Assembly: GCA_031422435.1 (NCBI GenBank)
Contig: JANPLU010000016.1
Location: 1 to 64,000, forward strand
Reading direction: 5' to 3'
DNA from: Acaryochloridaceae cyanobacterium VAR_48_metabat_390
GTDB lineage: Bacteria; Cyanobacteriota; Cyanobacteriia; Thermosynechococcales; Thermosynechococcaceae
Length of the DNA: 64,000 nucleotides
Numbering within the stretch: the stretch's first letter is position 1; the number at the start of each line of letters is the position of its first letter. The position numbers were made by a program, and so were the translations under genes. Below, in pieces: positions 57,424 through 64,000 of the stretch. The notes under the pieces were generated by a model. It did not search any database. It was not told the origin of the DNA and saw nothing but the letters and a program-made list of their open reading frames with translations.

Positions 57424-57927
57424 TCATACTTTCGAGTATATCAATTTATCTAAATCCAGCAAAAAGATGGGCGCAGTTCCATCGAGTTGGATGACGGAAG
57501 AACAGACCGATCGCAGAAAAGATGAATCATTGATCACCTCTGATAGCGGAGAGATCTGACTTTGGGCAACACGCTGCATTTTAGGCTGTGCCTCAATGCT
57601 GATGCCAAAAGTATGACCTGCGGCAGACTTAAACAGGATTAAACAGGACTTTTGCTTGGGAGTTTCTAACTCCTTCAAATTTAGTGTTGCGGAAACTACC
57701 GCCGGAAAAAGCTTTTGTTCTAAATCAATATGCTGAAACTCATCTGAATCTTGGGTGATAAGACTCGCCTCTGCGGAAGTCGCATCACTCGCGCTGCAAC
57801 TGCTGACCCGCTGCAAAACTTGAATGGGCAGCGCAAACCAGTATTGCCAGATCGCAAAGGTAACGTATTTTTGAGTCGCTTCACTGGCACGGTCAGCAAA
57901 GCGTCGAGAGCGAAGAAGAGTTGCCAT
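57424..57927 (-). CDS. cheW: CheW-like coupling protein
   Basis: F.I...WFALPI..LQRV, FGI.I...P.M.RV, FLLDLDKL; 3 bp downstream of cheA. Confidence 0.75.
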   Translation of the reverse strand: MATLLRSRRFADRASEATQKYVTFAIWQYWFALPIQVLQRVSSCSASDATSAEASLITQDSDEFQHIDLEQKLFPAVVSATLNLKELETPKQKSCLILFKSAAGHTFGISIEAQPKMQRVAQSQISPLSEVINDSSFLRSVCSSVIQLDGTAPIFLLDLDKLIYSKV

Positions 57928-57930
57928 GAG

Positions 57931-60900
57931 CTATCGAACAGAAAGAACAGGGACAGCGGTTTGAGCCATTAAGCGATTCAGCGTCTGGAGCAGTTCAGAC
58001 TCACGGAACGGCTTAGAGAAATAGTCTTTTGCACCCAGAGACATCGCTAACTTACGGTGTTTCTCGCCACTGCGAGAGGTAAGCATTACAACCGGAAGAT
58101 TCTGTGCGCTAGGGATACTCTTGAGGTTTGCGAGGAATCCGTAGCCGTCCAATCGCGGCATCTCAATATCGCAAACGACAGCCTGGATGGGTAAGCCCGT
58201 CTGCAATAGCTCAAGGGCATGTTGACCATCTTTCGCCTGCTCCACTCGAAAGCCCGCTTTTTCAAGGGTCAACGCAAGGAAGCGTCGCACGTTGACAGAA
58301 TCATCCACCACCATGACGAGGGGTTGGGTGGCGATCGCCTCTGTCCCAACGTGCGTTTCAGACAACTGATGTAGAGATATCTCTGAGGCATCCGTCGAGG
58401 CATCACCCTGAGTCGCCATCTGAGCTTCAATCTGCTCAAGGAAACTTAGCGGATCTAGCAAGGGTACAATGCGACCATCCCCTAAAACCGTACAGCCCGC
58501 AAACGCTGAAGGCAGGGGAATTACGCCCTCCACCTGACGAATGGTAACTTCTTGCTCTCCCCAGTACCGATCCACCTGAATGCCTACCACTTGGGCCTCT
58601 TGCTCAATCAGCAAGACCGCAGGCTGGTTAATTTTGGGCGTTGTTTCAAGGTCAGACAGAACCACAGGTCGAGGGAAGCGCAGCAAATCCTGCGTCTGCA
58701 CCAATGGAATTAAAGCATCATCAAGCTGGAGAACGCGCTGTCCATTTACTTTTAAGACCTTGTCTGGCTCCAGAAGCAGCATTTCTTCAACTTGGTCAAT
58801 GGGTACAGCCATCAAAAGACTGCCGCTTTCGACCAGCAGAACGCGGATAATTGAGAGTGAGAAAGGCACCGAAATTGTGAAGGTGGTGCCGTGCCCTTCT
58901 TGGGTATCGACGCTAATGGAACCCTTTATTTTTTGCAGAGACGTGCGGACAATATCTATGCCAACGCCCCGACCAGAGAGTTCTGTGACCTGAGATGCCG
59001 TGCTAAATCCTGGCTCAAAAATGAGGTCTAAAATTTCAGAAGGTTGAGCAGATGCCAGCAGGGTATTGTCAATGCCCAACTGCGCAGCCTTAGCTTTAAC
59101 CTTATCGAGAGAAATACCAGATCCGTCATCTCGCAGCGTAATGAGTGTTTGGTTGCCGCGATAGGCAGCGCTAATTTCAATCAGACCTTTGGCAGCTTTG
59201 CCGTGGGCGATGCGAGTTTGCGGGTCTTCAATGCCGTGGTCAAAGGCATTTCGCACTAGGTGAACCAGCGGGTCGGTCAAGGTTTCTAAAATCACTCGAT
59301 CGATTAACGTTGCACCGCCTGAAATTTTGAGATCAACGGCTTTACCATGCTCTAGGTTTAAGTCCCGCAGCATCCGAGCGAAGCGGCTCAGTACGTCAGA
59401 GACCGGACGCATCCGCATTTGCGTCATGGCAACCTGGAGCTGTTTGGTGGTGCGCGTAAAGGCACGGGCGGTTTGCTCAGCTTCATCGAGGTTGAGGTTA
59501 ATGTCTGTGGTGACTTCCTCAATTTGCACCGCACTCTCCATGAGCGCTTGAGACAGGGTGTGTAGTTCGCTGTAGCGATCCATTTCTAGCAGGTCAAATC
59601 CCTCAGCTTGCCCAGAAAGCCAGCCCTGTCCTGAATTGGACACAGAATGGTTGTCCGTCGCAGCCATAGGGACGGACGATGGCGCAAGAGGCTGACTTTT
59701 GAACGCGGTTTGAGTGGCGACAGTATCGTAAGTGCTTCTAAGGCTGGCATTAGATGTTTCTAAAGCGTGAACCCGCTGCGTCAGCAGTGCTGTGAGTTCG
59801 CGAAGACGTTTGAGCTGAAGAGCAAGACCATTGCGCTCAATGACTAATTCCCCAAAGAGTTCGCCCATTTGATTGAGCTGCTGGGCTGGAACGCGCAGCA
59901 TAATATCGGGTTCGTCAGTCTCGTCTGGGGTCATTGCGGTGATAGCTGCCGCCGCAATTTTGGTTCTGATAGATCCCTTAGAAGATTGCGGCAGTAGCCC
60001 ACTCGCCGCTTCTGGCTCTAATTTTTGTGCAATTGGCTCAAGCTTAAGCGGGACGGATTGAAGGTCATCGAGAAAATCCCCATCAGCCCCTTCAAAGAGA
60101 AGCTCAGCAAACGTTTCTTCTGGAAACGCAGGTTCAATTGCTCCGACTTCCTGTTCTTCTAATTCCCATGCCTCCCATTCAAGGGAAGCCGTGATCGCAG
60201 CGTCTGTCTCAGTGGTTTCTCTCTCGGTAATCTCTTCTGTCTGAACATCAGGATTGCCGACGGTAAGATAGGTTGGAGCGGATGGGTTCATCCCAAACGT
60301 TGAGGGAATCAGATCGCGTTGCCCAACCATCACTAAGGCTTGCGCCTGTCGCCAAGCCTGCTGCGCCTGAACTACAGTATCGAGCAACGCGGTACTCTCT
60401 GCCGTTTGGATCTGTGTTGAAATATCTACGCAAAGGTCGCGAAAAACCAGGAGATCTAGCATTTCGCCAAGACCCGCTAGCTCCTGGGCAGCGATCGCAA
60501 ATTCTTCTTGAAAACAAGGCTGATCGGGATGTACCAAGACCTCATCTAGACGGTTGAGGATTGAATCCACTTCAGACTCAAATAAAAGCACCACCATGTC
60601 TGCACCCACTTCCTCAGAGAGCAGCGACGCTGCATCTTCTGCTTGGGGTTCGCCGAGGCGACTGAGAAGAGACCCAAAGGTAGCCTCAACGGTCTGATTA
60701 AGCCAAGCTTCGGATGGATCTATCCCCTCACGGTTATGGTCTGCCACCTGTCGCAGGTGATCAACGCCCACCAGCATTAAGCGCTCAACGTCCTCGTCCT
60801 TTGCTTCAGAGGGTCTGACCTTAAGCACCTTGAAGAAATCTTCGAGTTGGTGGGCAAGATGACTCAAGGTCAAAAAGCCCATCATCGCGCTGCCACCCTT

Positions 60901-61053
60901 GATAGAGTGGGCGGCGCGTAACACCCCATCCATCACCGATCGTTCGATGCCGTGGGTAGACATCCCCAACACGGCTGCTTCAATTTCAGTTAAGTATTCT
61001 TGGGCTTCATCTAGAAACTGGAGCCGAACGATCTGTTCAGTATCTTGCATCAT
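57931..61053 (-). CDS. cheA: Hybrid CheA-like kinase (Hpt, dimerisation, HATPase, CheW, receiver); PixL-like
   Basis: LRAAHSIKG, HLVRNAFDHGIE, DDG.GI, IFEPGFSTA, SGRGVG.D, VVDDS..CDIEMPRLDG..TSR..KP. Confidence 0.95.
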   Translation of the reverse strand: MMQDTEQIVRLQFLDEAQEYLTEIEAAVLGMSTHGIERSVMDGVLRAAHSIKGGSAMMGFLTLSHLAHQLEDFFKVLKVRPSEAKDEDVERLMLVGVDHLRQVADHNREGIDPSEAWLNQTVEATFGSLLSRLGEPQAEDAASLLSEEVGADMVVLLFESEVDSILNRLDEVLVHPDQPCFQEEFAIAAQELAGLGEMLDLLVFRDLCVDISTQIQTAESTALLDTVVQAQQAWRQAQALVMVGQRDLIPSTFGMNPSAPTYLTVGNPDVQTEEITERETTETDAAITASLEWEAWELEEQEVGAIEPAFPEETFAELLFEGADGDFLDDLQSVPLKLEPIAQKLEPEAASGLLPQSSKGSIRTKIAAAAITAMTPDETDEPDIMLRVPAQQLNQMGELFGELVIERNGLALQLKRLRELTALLTQRVHALETSNASLRSTYDTVATQTAFKSQPLAPSSVPMAATDNHSVSNSGQGWLSGQAEGFDLLEMDRYSELHTLSQALMESAVQIEEVTTDINLNLDEAEQTARAFTRTTKQLQVAMTQMRMRPVSDVLSRFARMLRDLNLEHGKAVDLKISGGATLIDRVILETLTDPLVHLVRNAFDHGIEDPQTRIAHGKAAKGLIEISAAYRGNQTLITLRDDGSGISLDKVKAKAAQLGIDNTLLASAQPSEILDLIFEPGFSTASQVTELSGRGVGIDIVRTSLQKIKGSISVDTQEGHGTTFTISVPFSLSIIRVLLVESGSLLMAVPIDQVEEMLLLEPDKVLKVNGQRVLQLDDALIPLVQTQDLLRFPRPVVLSDLETTPKINQPAVLLIEQEAQVVGIQVDRYWGEQEVTIRQVEGVIPLPSAFAGCTVLGDGRIVPLLDPLSFLEQIEAQMATQGDASTDASEISLHQLSETHVGTEAIATQPLVMVVDDSVNVRRFLALTLEKAGFRVEQAKDGQHALELLQTGLPIQAVVCDIEMPRLDGYGFLANLKSIPSAQNLPVVMLTSRSGEKHRKLAMSLGAKDYFSKPFRESELLQTLNRLMAQTAVPVLSVR

Positions 61054-61130
61054 GATCTTTTTGGGCGACAGGGCGGCTTTAATCAATAGGGAAAAAGTCT
61101 CCCCGTGAGATGTTTCTACAGCGCCTGCTG

Positions 61131-63887
61131 CTACTTCTCCTCCAGCTTGAAGGTTCCTACAGAAGCCTGAAGCTGTTGGGCGATCGCAACGGTCTCTTGC
61201 AAAGAGCTTGAGACTTGGCGAGAGGTTGTAGAAGTCTGTTCTGATGATTCTGTAATCTGCTCCATCAGCAGCTTCACCACCTGAGACGTTTCAGTTTGCG
61301 AAACCGTTGCGATCGAAATCGACTTCAGCAGGTCGTCAATTTCACGAGACACCTTCACAATTTGATTGAGGCTTTCTTTGGCCTCGTTCACCTGGCGCGT
61401 CCCTTCTACCACCTGGGTCGTACCGTTCTCCATCGCGTCTACCACTTCACTGGTTTCGCGCTGAATGGCGTCTACAATGCCCTCAATTTCTTTGGTTGCA
61501 GCCGCAGACTGAGCCGCTAGGGCACCCACTTCTTCTGCAACCACCGCAAAACCGCGCCCTTCTTCACCCGCACGGGCGGCTTCAATACTGGCGTTAATCG
61601 CCAGCAGGTTGGTTTGTAGCGCAATTTGGTTAATCAGCGAAACCACCTTAGAAATTTGCTGAGACGATTCCCCCAGTCGTTTGACTTTCTTAGCGGTTTC
61701 GGCAACGGTGTCTCTAAGCTGCAAAATGCTTGCCACCGTGCGGTCGATGGTTTTCCCACCGCTTTCAGCCGTTCTAGAGGCAAGCCCAGACACCTTAGAG
61801 GCCTGCCGCGCGTTTTCTGCTACCTGCTCAATAGAAAGCGCCATCAGCTCAACAGACTTCAGCGTATCGGTAATTTTATGAGCCTGAGACTGCGCCTGAT
61901 CGGCGAGTTGACCCATCACCATTTCGTTGCTGCCCACAGAAGTGTTTACCTGTCCAGCAGACTCCTTCACCTGAGACACAATGTCTCTCAAACTTTCTAC
62001 GATGGCGTTAAAGAAATCGGCAACAATGCCAATTTCCCCAGCGCTCACGTCAGCGCGCACGGTCAAGTCACCGGAAGAAGCCCCTTCAACGTCTTGGAGT
62101 AGAGTCAGAAGCTCCATTTGCAGCGCCGTGTTTCGTGCTTGAGCCTGCTCTGCTTCAAACTGTTTCTGCTCATACAACGCCAGTCCTCCAAGGACTGAAC
62201 CTAACTGAATTGCAGCCTTCTTTAAGTACTCAATTTCAGATTCTTGCCAATCGTGGATAGCGGTGCAGTCATGAGCCACCAGCAACCCAAACAGTTCCCT
62301 GCCCTGAAGAATAGGAACCACTAAGTTTGCTTTAATTTGCAGCCGCTCCATTAACTGCATATGGTCTGAATGGAAGCAGGCATTAAAGACATCTCTCATC
62401 GGGACGATTCGACCATTCCTGTAGTCTTCTAATACCGCCTCAGGAATGCAGGCATCTTCCACAACACTCGCCAGCGCGATGGGAAAGTTTGGGAGAACCG
62501 ATTCCCCAATGACAGCGCCACCCCAATCAGGTCTGAAGCGGTACACAACCACTCGGTCAACGTTCATATCTGCGCGTAATTCTGACAGCAGTGCATTAAG
62601 CGGAGCTTCAAGTTCTTTTGGCTCACGGGCTTGAGCAACACCTGCCAAGAGCTTATCTCGTCGAGCTTCTGCTTCTTGGCGGGCTAGCGTTTCTTGTTGC
62701 TGAGCTTGGTAGTCTTTAATTTGTTCAGCCATTAAGTTGATGTTGGAACCTAATGCCCCCATTTCATCTTGTCCCACCACATTGAGGCGTGTGTCGAAGT
62801 CGCCTTGACCAATTTTTTTTACGGCTTCAGCGGATTCGATGATAGGACGAGTCGCACGGTGGGCAAGGTAGGCCGCTATTGCACCTACTAGGATTGCTGC
62901 CATAGCGGTTCCTAATATAGTGGACAAGCGTAAATCATTCAGAGTGGCAAAGGCTTCTTTTGTTTCGATGGCGATCAAAAAGTTCCAATCTAAGGCTGGC
63001 AGTCCTTTTGGTTGAATAATAGGACTATAAGAAACAACCTCTTCAAGCTTATCTGTAGGATTTGTATAGATTACTGTGCCTCTCTTTTTGTCTTTCTTAA
63101 GATTTAACAAAAATGGAAAATCGTTTTGGGCGAGTTTTGCAAATTTATTGATATCATTGACGACGAAATATTGACCTGAGCTTTCTGTTAAAAAGATTTC
63201 ATTGCGATTGTATCCTGAAATCTGTTTGGTAGTCTTCTTGTTCTCGATTTCATTAAATACATTAGATAGATATTTTAAAGGCATTTCCAGTCGAACAATC
63301 GAAATCATTTTTCCGGTTTTGACATCAAAGACTGGATCTGCAAGATAGATTACAGGTTCACCGGTGGTATCTGAGTAATCTGGCTGACTTATGAAAGTTT
63401 TTTGAGTTGTCAAGACTTTCTTGAAATAGCTCTGAGTTTTTTGATTTGAGAGAGACCGCCCCGTACTTTGCATACGGACATTTCCTTCTAGGCTCAGCTC
63501 CGCAATATTAGAATACACGCCATAAATTTTGACGTATTTATCAAGGATGTTTTGCTTTTGAGTCTTAGAGATATTGACTGTTCCCGTTGGGTCAGCAAAA
63601 ATTGACAAGTTAGACAAAATCTGAATGTTGCTGTAGCGCTCCAACATGAAGCTGCTGACGAGGGAAGCAGCTTTATCTAACTTAGCTTCTTGCTTCGCAA
63701 TGGCTTCTTGTTTCAAGGCGGGAGCTGTTGCAAAGTAAGACAGGGTTCCTGTTGCCGCTACGGGCAGTGTTCCAAGGGCGATCGCCAATAGCGTTGCCTT
63801 TGTTCTTAATTTCTGTCGATTCCACCATGAACCTGAAGCAGAAAGGGTAGCTTGGTGAGACGTTTTAGGCGAACGAATTGTTTTCAT
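61131..63887 (-). CDS. Methyl-accepting taxis receptor (TM-dCache-TM-HAMP-GAF-MA); PixJ-like
   Basis: Two TMs, HAMP (DEMG.LG.NIN.MA), GAF ([31 protein letters not shown]), signalling hairpin [30 protein letters not shown]. Confidence 0.93.
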   Translation of the reverse strand: MKTIRSPKTSHQATLSASGSWWNRQKLRTKATLLAIALGTLPVAATGTLSYFATAPALKQEAIAKQEAKLDKAASLVSSFMLERYSNIQILSNLSIFADPTGTVNISKTQKQNILDKYVKIYGVYSNIAELSLEGNVRMQSTGRSLSNQKTQSYFKKVLTTQKTFISQPDYSDTTGEPVIYLADPVFDVKTGKMISIVRLEMPLKYLSNVFNEIENKKTTKQISGYNRNEIFLTESSGQYFVVNDINKFAKLAQNDFPFLLNLKKDKKRGTVIYTNPTDKLEEVVSYSPIIQPKGLPALDWNFLIAIETKEAFATLNDLRLSTILGTAMAAILVGAIAAYLAHRATRPIIESAEAVKKIGQGDFDTRLNVVGQDEMGALGSNINLMAEQIKDYQAQQQETLARQEAEARRDKLLAGVAQAREPKELEAPLNALLSELRADMNVDRVVVYRFRPDWGGAVIGESVLPNFPIALASVVEDACIPEAVLEDYRNGRIVPMRDVFNACFHSDHMQLMERLQIKANLVVPILQGRELFGLLVAHDCTAIHDWQESEIEYLKKAAIQLGSVLGGLALYEQKQFEAEQAQARNTALQMELLTLLQDVEGASSGDLTVRADVSAGEIGIVADFFNAIVESLRDIVSQVKESAGQVNTSVGSNEMVMGQLADQAQSQAHKITDTLKSVELMALSIEQVAENARQASKVSGLASRTAESGGKTIDRTVASILQLRDTVAETAKKVKRLGESSQQISKVVSLINQIALQTNLLAINASIEAARAGEEGRGFAVVAEEVGALAAQSAAATKEIEGIVDAIQRETSEVVDAMENGTTQVVEGTRQVNEAKESLNQIVKVSREIDDLLKSISIATVSQTETSQVVKLLMEQITESSEQTSTTSRQVSSSLQETVAIAQQLQASVGTFKLEEK

Positions 63888-64000
63888 TTGATGTCAATAT
63901 GTCTGAGTATTAGTGTTAAAGATTTAGCGATCAAAACGCAGGTAAGCATGAAGATATGCGCTTAGAAAAGGCAGCATAAAGCTTATCTCTCGCTTAGGCT

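Larger units (their letters stand above)
1249..63785. repeat. Dispersed HIP1 octamers (GCGATCGC)
   Basis: Many copies throughout, e.g. 1249, 21471, 21950, 25156, 25432; none seen by eye inside the AT-rich genes at 16542-17795 and 23074-25014. Confidence 0.95.

Noticed and set aside
1..64000. CRISPR array, rRNA, prophage or intact transposase
   Set aside because: No regularly spaced repeats, rRNA-like sequence, phage genes or transposase ORFs were seen.

Overview
A 64 kb stretch of a cyanobacterial chromosome. The evidence is dense HIP1 octamers (GCGATCGC), a beta-carboxysome ccmK, sigF, a cyanobacterial ctaCDE/ctaAB cluster and a cyanobacteriochrome-type chemoreceptor. Most of it is housekeeping or conserved cyanobacterial genes (prfA, gdh, rbp, iscA, tldD, rpsD, xth, tRNA-Glu, cta genes, sigF, murJ, ppx, dxr, acs) plus the distal half of a Pix-like taxis cluster. 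Points of interest: (i) the first 141 bp are a GC-rich foreign aminotransferase fragment fused to a truncated histidine kinase, probably an assembly chimera; (ii) a roughly 5.5 kb toxin-antitoxin/defence patch at 20.0-25.5 kb holds a GHKL-ATPase/PD-(D/E)XK nuclease gene, three gene remnants missing from the ORF track, a 134 bp MITE with a 9 bp target duplication and HIP1-anchored direct repeats; (iii) a PirA-like fusion protein lies under a perfect NtcA box; (iv) a membrane-anchored long coiled coil ends in a BRCT domain; (v) a binding protein / c-heme-HAMP receptor without output domain / Ser-Thr kinase trio looks like a signalling module; (vi) an MCP carries a DXCIP-type GAF domain with an extra Cys; (vii) there are tandem tiny Ser/Pro/Thr-rich lipoproteins. 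Family assignments come from motif recognition by eye; no database searches were run. No rRNA, CRISPR array, integrase or intact transposase was seen.
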